Positions 14,982-25,371 are shown, counted from the stretch's first letter. The stretch: 64,000 nt of DNA from a virus (IMGVR_UViG_3300038345_000251:247248-311247); one strand, 5' to 3'. Program-made: numbers and translations. Notes: generated by a model not told the origin, from the letters alone.

Positions 14982-15090
14982 ATAATTAAAAAAGTTAAAA
15001 TATAGCTAGCAGATAATAACTGACTACTTCTTGTTTTTTAATGACGTGCCATTTCGTCTCCAAGCCCATATCTGTATAATTTTAACTTTG

Positions 15091-15164
15091 TTGCGTAGAC
15101 TGGATTTGAACCAGTGACCGATAGGATATGAATCTATTGCTACTACCAACTGAGCTACTACGCA
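15091..15164 (-). tRNA. tRNA-Met(CAU)
   Basis: loop TT CAT AT; initiator versus elongator not resolved. Confidence 0.85.
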
Positions 15165-15295
15165 ATATTTGATAGAACCCAACGAAACTATCTGTCCTTG
15201 ATTTCTTTCTTAGTATTATTGTCCACTGCATTTGTGGCTTCAAGGTAGTTAATAAATGAATGCATCATTACATCAACTAAAGGGTTTTTGATTTG

Positions 15296-15882
15296 CGGAG
15301 AGTATAGGATTCGAACCTATGGACCGAAAAACGGTCAACAGTTTTCCTTACCACTATAGTTTTCACTACCAACAATATCATCATGGATTGCACATTTATA
15401 ACAATCTTTATATCAGGATTGCTCCCGTGCCAGGTGCTCCTATTGTTGTTTTGTGGTCTGGAACATACCTCAACCAATATTGAAATCTTGCAAGTATGGC
15501 TGTTACAAGGAAAGAATAATTCATTTCCATCTATAACCAATTTCAACTTAGGTTATTACCATCTGTTCTCTACACACTGTCTATTATTAATCCTAATGCT
15601 TTCACATGCAATGCAGAAGTATTTTTCCATTAGGATTATTTTAACATTGGCTCGGTATTAGCATATTTGGACTGTCCTCTTCCGTCTGAATTCTAAACGA
15701 TGCTTCTGTGTTACCACCAGCATTAATCAGGAATGGTTTGTTATTTAGACGATTATCCGATATATTCCTGCACATCCAAACTTAGCCTTCACCGAATTTG
15801 GTAATTTCTACATTATAAATTTCTTTATAAGCACTCAAATTAACTTTAAGACTGCCGCAATCGACCACTCTGCCAACTCTCC
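15296..15882 (-). tRNA. tRNA-Ser(UGA) interrupted by a group I intron
   Basis: exon1 ends GCAGT-CT T; exon2 GA AA-ACTG; class II Ser body, G73. Confidence 0.9.
15347..15847 (-). mobile_element. group I intron (501 nt, no endonuclease ORF) at tRNA position 34/35
   Basis: 5' exon ends in U, intron ends in G; P/Q/R/S-like cores AATTCGGTGAAG, AATACCGAGC, GTAGAGAACAGA, GAGGTATGTTCCA. Confidence 0.85.
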
Positions 15883-16066
15883 GAAAAAAATGAAACTTAT
15901 TCTGAACTCTCTCACGATTATAATAAATATTAACTTCCAGCCTTTGACTTGCACGTTAACAGACATTATCACCACTTAGGTATTCTGACACTACAGAGGT
16001 TATTTAAAATAAATGTTTATTCAACATTACTGTCAGTATTTATTTCATTAGAATATCTCTCTAGTA

Positions 16067-16188
16067 TGCTACAGGTAGGAATCGAACCTACGAAATTGAA
16101 TATTGTTGTGCCAAATTCAAATAACAGTTTCATCCATAGTCACACTTTAGGAATCAACCATTGTGTTGGGCCACTTCACCACTATAGC
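16067..16188 (-). tRNA. atypical tRNA-like RNA with enlarged anticodon/variable region (possible Arg-CCU loop)
   Basis: acceptor GCTATAG/CTGTAGC, D and T arms intact; TT CCT AA in a poorly paired arm. Confidence 0.45.
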
Positions 16189-16289
16189 CTTTGAGACAGT
16201 TTTTATCAGAATCAATATCACATATCATCTGATATTTAATATACAGTATTTACCAACATGTCAAAGAACATTGTTTCGTAAAAACATTA

Positions 16290-16297
16290 CAAAGATA
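16290..16297 (-). promoter_or_regulatory. Bacteroidetes-type -7 promoter element (TATCTTTG) feeding the tRNA array
   Basis: TAnnTTTG consensus; similar sites at 3912, 9387, 12654 and 17101. Confidence 0.6.
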
Positions 16298-16425
16298 CGA
16301 AGAATTTTTTAATTTTCCAAATCTTTTGTAATTTATTTCTTCATTTATTATTTTGAAGAACTTTTTTTTACATAATCAAGAAATATGCCAAGTTTTTTAA
16401 TTTAACAAATTTTTTGATTTATTTG

Positions 16426-16506
16426 TAGCCCTGAAAGGACTTGAACCTTCACGCCTGTGGCATCCGCTTTTGAGACGGACGTGTCTACCAATTCCACCAC
16501 AGGGCC
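16426..16506 (-). tRNA. tRNA-Leu(CAA)
   Basis: class II Leu body, CT CAA AA. Confidence 0.93.
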
Positions 16507-17272
16507 ATATAATAAAAGGTTATCGTTATAATAGATGTGCCTTAGATTTACACCTCTCACGGAAGGTTTGAGTAAACTTTCGTTCTACACTCGCTAACAC
16601 TCATGAATGTTAGTATCTTTAAAGTAACCTCAACTACTTTTATTCCGACTATACCATTTCACACTCTGTACACAAGCGGTAATTTTATACTTGGCCATAC
16701 TCTTTGTCATTAAATTACTAAGTGTTCATCATCCTTAATGAATTTACTTTTCCTAATAACCTATGTTTTTATTTCAATGAACTTCGTTTATGTTTCTAAC
16801 AATAACCGTGCCACGTTTTTTATACATATTATTTATAAAAAAAACCCCCGAAGTTTTTATCTTGGAGGTTGGGAATATATTGTGGTTAGAAACCTATGTG
16901 TCTTGTTTTTTCTTTATTCCTTCTCCAAGGTTAAGCATCCAAGTTCTCTTCTTGATGCTTTTGGGTCAATAACTGATGGTACGCCAAACCAACGACTTGC
17001 TGATTCCAAGCCGTTAAATTTGTGATTATATGTACACATCATTTTATTCATATCATTAAGGTTTAAAGAAATTACTCAAATATAAATATAAAACTTTTTA
17101 CAAAAATACGTAATTTTTATAAAAAAAACAAATATTTTTTTAATTTTTTTTGAAGAACTATGGGATTCGAACCCAAATAATGCCTTACCATTAGTTCTTA
17201 ACCTTGGTTTTGAACGTATAAACGCCCATCTCCACCACCAAATTTTATTTATTGTCGTTATTGGCCGACATT

Positions 17273-17344
17273 GTGATGTATATAGGAATCGAACCCATCT
17301 TGTCACGTTTAGAGTGTGCCGTTCTACCGATGAACTAATACATC
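17273..17344 (-). tRNA. amber suppressor tRNA(CUA)
   Basis: GATGTAT/ATACATC-A, D and T arms canonical, loop CT CTA AA; anticodon stem has only 3 central pairs. Confidence 0.75.
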
Positions 17345-17389
17345 AAAATGGGGATTTATAAGGGAAATCCCCAAAACCATAATAATAAG

Positions 17390-17677
17390 TTATTTAACCG
17401 TTTCCAAATTCTTAAAAAGTTCACCTGAATCGTCTCTTACCGCGAGTGCTGTAATTGTATAGTTCAAATCAGGTTCACGAAATGCTGAAAATCTAATTCC
17501 CATTTTTTGAAGTCTGTTAAACCACTTATCAGTATCTGCATACAAATATATAAGGTATTCATTGTTCCAATCTTGATTAGGGTTGTTAATCATCCATTGT
17601 GCCACAGCATGTCCACCTTGAACACATCCATATACAGGTCTAAGTTTTTTATTCACTAATACGTACAATCTTTTCAT
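17390..17677 (-). CDS. peptidyl-tRNA hydrolase-like (PTH2-type) protein
   Basis: LYVLV...VQGGHAVAQW...FREPDL...TALA pattern. Confidence 0.65.
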   Translation of the reverse strand: MKRLYVLVNKKLRPVYGCVQGGHAVAQWMINNPNQDWNNEYLIYLYADTDKWFNRLQKMGIRFSAFREPDLNYTITALAVRDDSGELFKNLETVK

Positions 17678-18116
17678 AATTTTCTAAATCAAAATTTTTT
17701 TCAAGTACTTTTTCACCAAACCAATTTTTTGTTTCTTTCACAGTATATGGTAATTCATATCCATATTCATTAAGAAAGTTATTAATTTCTGAGAGATACA
17801 ATGTTAAAGGATGTTTACCTTCAAACTTTGCGTTTGGATAATAACCGTGCAATTTGTAATATTCTTCTCTTTCAATTGGTTTAGAATTTTTTTCAGTTAT
17901 TTCAAAATTTTTACCCCTTAAAAGATTATAAGCTGCATACATTATTCGTAATTCATCTTTATTTGATAATACTTTGAAGTATGCATCTGATGGGTCAATT
18001 GTTCTTGTACCTGTAAAATGTACTGTTTTTCTTTGTGGTTTAATAATTTTTTGTTCGTTTTCTTTTTCAGCAATTCTTGCTCTAACTTCTTTAATAATTT
18101 TGTCCATAATATTCAA
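17649..18116 (-). CDS. hypothetical protein
   Basis: 155 aa ORF overlapping the PTH-like gene. Confidence 0.6.
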   Translation of the reverse strand: MNIMDKIIKEVRARIAEKENEQKIIKPQRKTVHFTGTRTIDPSDAYFKVLSNKDELRIMYAAYNLLRGKNFEITEKNSKPIEREEYYKLHGYYPNAKFEGKHPLTLYLSEINNFLNEYGYELPYTVKETKNWFGEKVLEKNFDLENYEKIVRISE

Positions 18117-18270
18117 TTTTTTAATTAATTATTCTTTTATTTTTACACAAATTCCTAACCAACCTTAAAAATTGAATATATTACGGAGGGTTTAAACTTA
18201 AAATCTAGTGTGTCATAACTTTACGTTTTTAAACATTATTATTATTGCTACAAATATATAATAATTTTCA

Positions 18271-19479
18271 TTAAAAATCAAGTTTTTTTAGATTAGATTC
18301 TGGAGAATCATTAATATAAACATTATTAAAACGAATATCAGTAGCAAAGAATCTAAACAATTCACCAACCCTATCTTTTAAAGTACGATTATCATTATCA
18401 ATAGATGAATTAAAATTTTGTCGTTTATCATGAAAGATAAAATTATATTCATCTATATTGTCTAACAAATCCCAATGAGTAACAACCATATTAAATGTCA
18501 GATTATATAATTTCCAATAATTATCAAGGCAATGTCTATTGTATGCTTCATTCAATAAATCAAAGTTCATTATACCTGTTTTAAATACACCTTGATATTG
18601 GTTTTCAACATTAGTTTCATGCTTGTTACTTAAGTCAAAATTAAATCCATATTGACAAGGAGTATAACCATTACCATGTCTTGTTAAATACGTTCTACTA
18701 ACAAGATAAACTTCAGCATTTTGAAGTAATTTTTCAAGGATAACATCATCAGTAAATGCATTTAATCCTGTTTTTGATGGGGTAACATTGGGGTAAAACC
18801 CTCTATCCATATCAAGTAATAATCCCTGACTACCTTCAAATATTAAAACATCAAATGTTGCTAATGCAATTACTCCTGCAACGTTAAAGAATTTATATTT
18901 ATCGTTTTCAACATCTTTTATTAATTGTTTATAAATGGTACTTTCAACTGAATCAAATGCTTTATCATTCTCATAATAGTAATAATCAAGGTCTGATAAT
19001 GTATTTAAATCAGTAAAATTATCTGGATAAACATGAAAGCCATCTTTATCACGTTTAAATGTTGGATAAATACCCCTTCCACAAGTACCATCACGTAGTA
19101 CTTTAGCATTTCTTCTACCATTTGCAACATCATAAGGTGTTACAATACGTGTTTTAGGCATAACATATAGTGGTGGTACTTTTTTAATTTTTTTCTTTAA
19201 TATTTCATATTCTAATTTAGCATCAAGAGGATTAAAATAGGTTGTATTCCAAATAAGTGTTGGTACTCCTAATAATACACCACTACCATATGTTGAACAA
19301 ATATGTTCTATACCATTATATTGAATGGTATGTGCTGCTTGTGGACCCCCACTAAAGCGAATAACCAGGGGTTTTTTCCCCTGGTCAATTGCTTTTTTGC
19401 ATAAATACTGTACGGTTACTCCTTTTCCTTCATCACCAAAAGCAGAACCTAATACAATTTTAACTTCTTTGTTTTCCAT
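18271..19479 (-). CDS. divergent adenylosuccinate synthetase-like protein
   Basis: GDEGKG, RFSGGPQAAHT, GTCGRG, FEGSQGLLLD, YPNVTPS, RTYLTRHGNG motifs. Confidence 0.85.
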   Translation of the reverse strand: MENKEVKIVLGSAFGDEGKGVTVQYLCKKAIDQGKKPLVIRFSGGPQAAHTIQYNGIEHICSTYGSGVLLGVPTLIWNTTYFNPLDAKLEYEILKKKIKKVPPLYVMPKTRIVTPYDVANGRRNAKVLRDGTCGRGIYPTFKRDKDGFHVYPDNFTDLNTLSDLDYYYYENDKAFDSVESTIYKQLIKDVENDKYKFFNVAGVIALATFDVLIFEGSQGLLLDMDRGFYPNVTPSKTGLNAFTDDVILEKLLQNAEVYLVSRTYLTRHGNGYTPCQYGFNFDLSNKHETNVENQYQGVFKTGIMNFDLLNEAYNRHCLDNYWKLYNLTFNMVVTHWDLLDNIDEYNFIFHDKRQNFNSSIDNDNRTLKDRVGELFRFFATDIRFNNVYINDSPESNLKKLDF

Positions 19480-20378
19480 CAGAGAATAACTTCAGGTTCA
19501 ACAATGTGTTCTTTACTTAAATCAACAGATTCAATAATGTTTGGTTTAATTTCAACAACTTCTTGTGTTTTATACGCTTTAGTGATAATACCTGCAATAA
19601 GATTTGGAATATCTTCACCATCACCTGACTGTGTTTCAACGTAGTTATCTCCAAGTAATTGTTTCCATTGTTCTTTTACTCTTTTTCTTGAACCACTGTA
19701 GTCTGTTACATTAATGTGGTACACATCCCAAGTTTTACGTGTTTCTTCAAGAATTTCGTTAATTGATACGTCTGCTTGTCCGTTACCAAACAAATTAGTA
19801 ATATCACTTTTAGGAATTCTTTCAAGAACAGGTTCATCACCAATTGTAATAAGAACACCTTTCTTACCGTGTTTTGTTAATGAATCAACAGAAGTATGTC
19901 TTGCAGCAACATACCAAACAAGTCCTGTTGCTTCTCCATCATTTGCACCACCACCACCTTCAAGATAAATAGATTTAAGCCATTGTTCTTGAAGTTCATC
20001 AGATGTTTCAAACTGACCCACCTGAATTGGTGCTTGGTCACATTCATTATCGCCATAGCCAATGAAACATACTTGTGCGTGTTCAACACCTTCATCCATA
20101 ATTTTCTTCATTAATTCAGGGAAACCTTTGGTAATGAGTTTCTTAGGGATTGTTCCCATACTACCAGTTACATCAAGACCAATAATAATAGGGAATGCGT
20201 TAGGGTGTTCTTCACTATCACGAGATTCACGAATTTTACCTTTGACATCCATCTTTTCATCAAGACTTCTTTTGGTAAAGATTTCTCTATCAAGATAAGT
20301 ACTGTCAAAGGTACTAGCTGTGGCGTAACGTGTACTTCTTAACGAAGCATCTGCATAACAATATACACCACCACCCAT
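19479..20378 (-). CDS. vWA-domain protein
   Basis: IIIGLDVTGSMG MIDAS motif, EGGGGAN, ITIGDE. Confidence 0.75.
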   Translation of the reverse strand: MGGGVYCYADASLRSTRYATASTFDSTYLDREIFTKRSLDEKMDVKGKIRESRDSEEHPNAFPIIIGLDVTGSMGTIPKKLITKGFPELMKKIMDEGVEHAQVCFIGYGDNECDQAPIQVGQFETSDELQEQWLKSIYLEGGGGANDGEATGLVWYVAARHTSVDSLTKHGKKGVLITIGDEPVLERIPKSDITNLFGNGQADVSINEILEETRKTWDVYHINVTDYSGSRKRVKEQWKQLLGDNYVETQSGDGEDIPNLIAGIITKAYKTQEVVEIKPNIIESVDLSKEHIVEPEVIL

Positions 20379-20380
20379 AA

Positions 20381-20788
20381 TTACTGTTCGTTATAGCGTG
20401 ATTTCCAAGTAGGGAGAACCTTTGTTACAAGTTCAGTATCAGTAAATTCTCCAAACAAAGTTTCATAACGGTCAAGCATAATTTCAAGACGGATGCTGAG
20501 ATTACGACTATCAAGACCAAGTTTTTCATCTGCTTCCATAAACTTATTAACATCGAAGTTTGCAGGAACAACGGTTGCATCATAAGTTGTAGTAGGAGCA
20601 AGTTCAAGCATCAAGTTTTCAGTCTTACGTTTGTTTTCACGAAGTGCACGGCAAATGTCTTCGATATGACGCTTGTAAGCGATTTCAGCATCTTCTGCAA
20701 CACTTTCTGCACGGTCACGTTTCAACTGTTTGAAGTCTCTAGTAAGGTTTGCTAAAAATAAACCCTGTTTTGCTTTTTCTTCTGACAT
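20381..20788 (-). CDS. hypothetical protein (start moved to MSEEK)
   Basis: the ORF-track start lies inside the TATATTTG promoter. Confidence 0.6.
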   Translation of the reverse strand: MSEEKAKQGLFLANLTRDFKQLKRDRAESVAEDAEIAYKRHIEDICRALRENKRKTENLMLELAPTTTYDATVVPANFDVNKFMEADEKLGLDSRNLSIRLEIMLDRYETLFGEFTDTELVTKVLPTWKSRYNEQ

Positions 20789-20848
20789 AGTTTTAATTTT
20801 TTTTTTAAGGTTATTAATTTCGATACAAATATACAAATAATTTTTTAA

Positions 20849-21001
20849 TTATTCAACAGTATAAAGTGAATCGGGTGAAACAGTTTCAAGGGTATCAACG
20901 GTTTCTTCAGTAACAGTTTCTTCTTCTACTTTATTATCACGGCAAGAAAATGAAACCATCATAAGTGCAATAATTGCAATAAAAGCAAATACTTTCTTCA
21001 T
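20849..21001 (-). CDS. small lipoprotein (50 aa)
   Basis: own translation MKKVFAFIAIIALMMVSFSC-RDNK.., lipobox Cys, acidic tail. Confidence 0.6.
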   Translation of the reverse strand: MKKVFAFIAIIALMMVSFSCRDNKVEEETVTEETVDTLETVSPDSLYTVE

Positions 21002-21082
21002 AATTTTACTTTTTTTTTAATTGTTATTATTATTTTTGTTTTTTTATTACTATTTATGTTTAGTAAAAAATGTTTAAACGTT

Positions 21083-21235
21083 ATGGCATGTTCATGTAAA
21101 TCATCATCAAGCAATGTTACTCCTATTAAACAGGTAGTAAAAAAAACTAATGCTAAAAATACAAGTTCTAAAATTAAACAAGTAATTCCTCAAAGAACTG
21201 TTAGTAGAAGGATTAGTTATAGACGTCCTATCTAA
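21083..21235 (+). CDS. small basic protein MACSCK.. (50 aa)
   Basis: own translation; preceded by an ACTATTTAT motif at about 21049. Confidence 0.5.
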   Translation: MACSCKSSSSNVTPIKQVVKKTNAKNTSSKIKQVIPQRTVSRRISYRRPI

Positions 21236-21552
21236 CAATTAACTATTTCAAAGAAGCACTTTCGCATATTAGCGATAATTTCTTCATATATAAACCAAAA
21301 ATGAAGTTTACAATTTAATTCAAAAAAACTAACTATTTTAGATAAAATGGTTCGTTGGTTTCTGAATTCATCACAAATTATTTTTATTTCCATACTATCA
21401 ACAATATCCTGTCTAGTACATATGATTATGAGAACTTCATAACCATACATTTTGGTTTTTTTTGTTGCCACAAACTTATCATTTAAAACATAAATGGTAA
21501 AATGTCTTATAGATAAAGTTCTAAATATTTCATTTTTCTTCAAGGAATCCAT
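21232..21552 (-). CDS. hypothetical protein
   Basis: 106 aa; one of very few ORFs ending in TAG. Confidence 0.45.
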   Translation of the reverse strand: MDSLKKNEIFRTLSIRHFTIYVLNDKFVATKKTKMYGYEVLIIICTRQDIVDSMEIKIICDEFRNQRTILSKIVSFFELNCKLHFWFIYEEIIANMRKCFFEIVNC

Positions 21553-22492
21553 TTTTAATAAATTCTTCTTTTAAAGGAATTGCGATTCTTTGAATATCTG
21601 GATGTGGTTTACCTGTTGTGCCATCAGCACGTAAATCAAAGAAATGTTTCCAATCAGATACAAATGCTGTCATTACAAATTCTGTGTTAATACCAAGTGG
21701 CAATACATAACGTGCATCTTCAGGATTCAAACCACAATCTAACAATTTAAAGTAACAAAACTCAGCAAAATCACATGCTGCAAGCCAATAAGTTAATCTA
21801 CTAAACAATGGCTTTTGTTCTTTTTCTTCAATTATTGATTTAAGATATTCTTTGTGAACTAATCCTAAAGTACCAAGCCATTCATCTTCATCGTTTAACT
21901 TTTCGTTTATCTCATCCTGATTAGTCCAATGTGGTATATTAAATTTGATTCCACCTTCTCCAAATTTCTTTTCGTTTGAATAGTTGCAAAATCTTGTACT
22001 CTCTTGTGAAAAACTAATACCATTTTCACCCCTATGTCTCATTGTACTTTGACTACCAACTCTATCCATCCAAAATTTTACACAAACTCTTTTTTCGTGA
22101 TAAGGTGTTGGTTCACAACTATATTGCAAATCATCTAACCAACCGTTTTCAACTAACACTCTAAGATTGGTTGTAACATAACCAGTAAGTGTGTTATCTT
22201 CGCCACATACGAAATTTACTTTAGAAAAATGATTTCTTTGATATTTTATAGGAACAACTTTTTCAGTAAAATTCTTAGTACTCCAAGTACATTTAAGATA
22301 TACAGTACCATGTTCAAGTACTGAACGATGACCACTTTTATTTAGTCTATCAATAAACGTTCTTGCGAATTCAGGTATTATTTCTTTATTTGTTTTATAG
22401 CAAATAAACCCACATTTTGTTGCAATTTCATAAGCACCGTCAATACCAGGGGATTGTTTAATTATTTCAAACTTTGGTTCTAAAAATCTCAT
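21530..22492 (-). CDS. thyX: flavin-dependent thymidylate synthase
   Basis: GHRSVLEH, RHR..SFSQESTRFCNY, EDARYVLP motifs. Confidence 0.9.
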   Translation of the reverse strand: MRFLEPKFEIIKQSPGIDGAYEIATKCGFICYKTNKEIIPEFARTFIDRLNKSGHRSVLEHGTVYLKCTWSTKNFTEKVVPIKYQRNHFSKVNFVCGEDNTLTGYVTTNLRVLVENGWLDDLQYSCEPTPYHEKRVCVKFWMDRVGSQSTMRHRGENGISFSQESTRFCNYSNEKKFGEGGIKFNIPHWTNQDEINEKLNDEDEWLGTLGLVHKEYLKSIIEEKEQKPLFSRLTYWLAACDFAEFCYFKLLDCGLNPEDARYVLPLGINTEFVMTAFVSDWKHFFDLRADGTTGKPHPDIQRIAIPLKEEFIKNGFLEEK

Positions 22493-22538
22493 TTTTTATA
22501 TTTTTATTATGGGGATAGTTATCTATCCCCATTTATTA

Positions 22539-23828
22539 TTAACCTGCACATTCACCTTCACAATCACAACACAATTCGTCAATACAAGATTCTTTGTCAC
22601 ACTTTAAATTATTAGTATCTTTAACGTTTTTATTTTTGAAATAGCCATTTCCAATGATTTCTTTAACGTTTTCAAGTGTCATCTTTTCAGGAATATGTTT
22701 TACATATTGTCCATCTTCATCAATCCAAACAGTAAGTTTTTCAAACTCAATTTCTTTTGGTTTATAACTATTTCTACTACCATAACCATAATATTGATTT
22801 TCGTTTTCAGTTAAAGTATATACAGTACAAAGGTCATTATCAACAATTTCATACGTATTACTACTAACTTTCTTAGGAGATTCCATACTCAAATCAATAT
22901 TAGTATAATTGTGACGTTTTGAACCATCAGGTCTAATAATGATATAGTGATATTCACAACTTAAGAATAAACCATCATCTGTATAATTTAACGAATTATC
23001 CCAAGCAGCATATTCTTTATCAATTTTACCTTCTTCATTAAGATACCATTGTGATGCATTGAAACTTACTTGTCTTGGAGTAAGGTTCATATATTCCATA
23101 CATCTTGATGCTGGTTCATTGAATCTATTCATTTCATCAATTATTGAAATAAGAATATCAAATGATAATTGGAAAATTCTACGTGAGTTTCTAAGTAAAT
23201 CTTCCATAAACTCTTTATTAACAAGTTTATCATTTGCAATTTCAACAATTTCTTCATCTGAAAGACCTTCATAACGTTTTGTATAAAGAATACGTGAAGG
23301 ACGGTTAATGAGGTTACTGTTAATGTTTGTTTGATTCACAGTAAAGATAAACAAATGATGTGTTTCATAAGGTCCATCAAGAAGTGAAAGAAGTGAATCA
23401 TTACCATCTTCATCATTATTTGGGCGATAAATTTTTTCAAACTCATCAATGAAAATAACACAATCACCAAGTGCAGGGTCAGTTATAAAATCTGTGAATT
23501 CTGGTCCATGAAATGGTTGACCAATAACAATAATTGGTTTATTTGCTTTTATTGCCAAAAGTTTAGCAGTAATTGTCTTACCACCACCCTTAAGACCTGA
23601 AAGAAGTACACCTACGTTTCTTGTCTTACTTTCATAAGTTTTTAACCACCTATCTACAGGAGATAAATCACCATAAATTTTCTCAGGAACTTTAAAATCC
23701 CAAGTTTTTGTTAAGAAAAATCCGCCTGGTGATACATTTAAATTATATACACCAACAGGTAGTTTTTCATAAGTTGCTTGTATTTCGGCAATTCTGTATA
23801 TATTGCCAGTTTGTAAAATTTTACCCAT
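22539..23828 (-). CDS. AAA+ ATPase
   Basis: GLKGGGKT Walker A, IFIDEFEK Walker B, NRPSR. Confidence 0.8.
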   Translation of the reverse strand: MGKILQTGNIYRIAEIQATYEKLPVGVYNLNVSPGGFFLTKTWDFKVPEKIYGDLSPVDRWLKTYESKTRNVGVLLSGLKGGGKTITAKLLAIKANKPIIVIGQPFHGPEFTDFITDPALGDCVIFIDEFEKIYRPNNDEDGNDSLLSLLDGPYETHHLFIFTVNQTNINSNLINRPSRILYTKRYEGLSDEEIVEIANDKLVNKEFMEDLLRNSRRIFQLSFDILISIIDEMNRFNEPASRCMEYMNLTPRQVSFNASQWYLNEEGKIDKEYAAWDNSLNYTDDGLFLSCEYHYIIIRPDGSKRHNYTNIDLSMESPKKVSSNTYEIVDNDLCTVYTLTENENQYYGYGSRNSYKPKEIEFEKLTVWIDEDGQYVKHIPEKMTLENVKEIIGNGYFKNKNVKDTNNLKCDKESCIDELCCDCEGECAG

Positions 23829-23830
23829 TT

Positions 23831-24499
23831 TTATTTTTGTTTTGTAATTATTTCATCAATTAAACCATATTCAAGTGCTTCTTCAGCAGTAAACCAATGG
23901 TCACGGTCAGCATCTTTTTCAATTTGTTCAAAAGTTTTGCCTGTATTTGATGCAAGGATTTCATACAATTTAGTCTGAAGTTTCTTTGCATGATTAATAC
24001 GAATTTCCATATCAGCAGTTTGCCCTTCTGCCCAAGAAGAAACTTGATGAATCATAATTTCTCCGTTTGGAAGACTGTAACGTTTACCCTTTGTGCCACT
24101 TGAAATAAGAATTGAACCCATTGAAGCAGCCATTCCTAAACAATAGGTAGAAACATCAGGAGTAATAAAATTCATAATATCATAGATAGCAAGACCATCA
24201 ATTACTGAACCACCAGGAGAATTAATAAACATTTTAATATCATCATCACCTGTAGAATTAAGATACAGTAATTGTGCATTAATGATATTTGCAACATCAT
24301 CATTAATACCTGTTCCTAAGAAAAGAATTCTATCATACTGTAAACGGCTAAAGATGTCCAAACCAATTACATTCATACTTCTTTCTTCAAGAATGGTAGG
24401 ATTAATAATACCATTCTTAACTGCGTATTTGTTATACTCATTAAGTTTATTAGTACCTATACCTTTAGATACAGCAAATTTTTCAAAATCGTTCATCAT
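23831..24499 (-). CDS. clpP: ATP-dependent Clp protease proteolytic subunit
   Basis: DIFSRL..DRI, INSPGGS, GMAASMG, MIHQ, DRDHWF motifs. Confidence 0.93.
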   Translation of the reverse strand: MMNDFEKFAVSKGIGTNKLNEYNKYAVKNGIINPTILEERSMNVIGLDIFSRLQYDRILFLGTGINDDVANIINAQLLYLNSTGDDDIKMFINSPGGSVIDGLAIYDIMNFITPDVSTYCLGMAASMGSILISSGTKGKRYSLPNGEIMIHQVSSWAEGQTADMEIRINHAKKLQTKLYEILASNTGKTFEQIEKDADRDHWFTAEEALEYGLIDEIITKQK

Positions 24500-24538
24500 A
24501 TTTTAAAGTTTTTACAAATATACAATTTTATTTTTTAA

Positions 24539-24820
24539 TTAACAATAGTGATTACCATATGTTCCTAACAAATGTTTTTCTTTATTAATATTACTAAGAT
24601 ATTTTTGTATTTCCGTTGAAAGTGTATCATTTTTTAAATGATATGTTTGTTCAGGTATAACTGTTATGGGAAACCTACAATTAACTTCGTTACATAACCA
24701 TTCTTCTTTTATCCAAATAGTTGTATCAATGTATTTGTAATTAGTTCCACAGTCAGTTTTTTCTGGATGATAATTATGATTAATTGAATAATCAAGATAG
24801 GTTTTTCCGTCTTTTTGCAT
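24539..24820 (-). CDS. hypothetical protein
   Basis: 93 aa ORF in operon. Confidence 0.5.
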   Translation of the reverse strand: MQKDGKTYLDYSINHNYHPEKTDCGTNYKYIDTTIWIKEEWLCNEVNCRFPITVIPEQTYHLKNDTLSTEIQKYLSNINKEKHLLGTYGNHYC

Positions 24821-24821
24821 A

Positions 24822-25370
24822 TTAATTTTTATTTTTGTTCATATATTCTAAAAGTGTATCTTTACTGATAACCATAAAATCGTGAATTTGGAATGGGTCA
24901 ATATCTTTATTGTGTATTAACAAATCTCTAACAGCAGTTGAAGAAATATGTCCAAATTCCTGTTTTGTTGGAAGAATCAATGTATCAATTTTTGGTTTAA
25001 TCTTCTTGTTAGCATCAGCGATTGCACGTTCATTTTCAAAATCAAGCATATTACGTACACCACGAATGATAAATCTGGAACCAAATTTTTCACAGGCATT
25101 GACAGTTAAACAATCATAGTCAACAACTTCATATCTATTATATATTTCACACCCGTCCTCTCTAAACCATCCCATTCCAGTAAAATATTTTTCAATGGAA
25201 TCTTCAATAATCTCTTTTCTTGTTTCAACATCAAAGAAACCTTTTTTAAGAGTGTTTTTACCAACACCAATGATTATTTTATCAAATAATGGAAGCGCAC
25301 GACAAAATATGTCTAAGTGACCCTTTGTAAATGGGTCAAAAGACCCAGGGAAAAAACCTATTCTTTCCAT
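24822..25370 (-). CDS. coaD: phosphopantetheine adenylyltransferase-like nucleotidyltransferase
   Basis: FPGSFDPFTKGH, IIRGVR..DFENE, ISSTAVR. Confidence 0.85.
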   Translation of the reverse strand: MERIGFFPGSFDPFTKGHLDIFCRALPLFDKIIIGVGKNTLKKGFFDVETRKEIIEDSIEKYFTGMGWFREDGCEIYNRYEVVDYDCLTVNACEKFGSRFIIRGVRNMLDFENERAIADANKKIKPKIDTLILPTKQEFGHISSTAVRDLLIHNKDIDPFQIHDFMVISKDTLLEYMNKNKN

Positions 25371-25371
25371 A

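Noticed and set aside
12237-17306. ORF-track calls overlapping tRNA/tmRNA/intron loci (e.g. 12237, 12939, 13625, 14013, 15277, 15383, 15949, 17076) and short antisense ORFs inside long genes
   Set aside because: They overlap well-supported RNA genes or long CDSs and show no recognisable motifs; treated as spurious.
3028-17344. Theta (HDV-like) ribozymes at tRNA 3' ends
   Set aside because: I saw no G-initiated nested double pseudoknot directly after any tRNA on manual inspection; a motif search is needed to exclude them fully.
18271-19479. PurZ / Z-DNA (2-aminoadenine) pathway
   Set aside because: The catalytic motif is GDEGKG (Asp), not the Ser-containing GSTGKG of PurZ, and I saw no DatZ- or MazZ-like neighbour.
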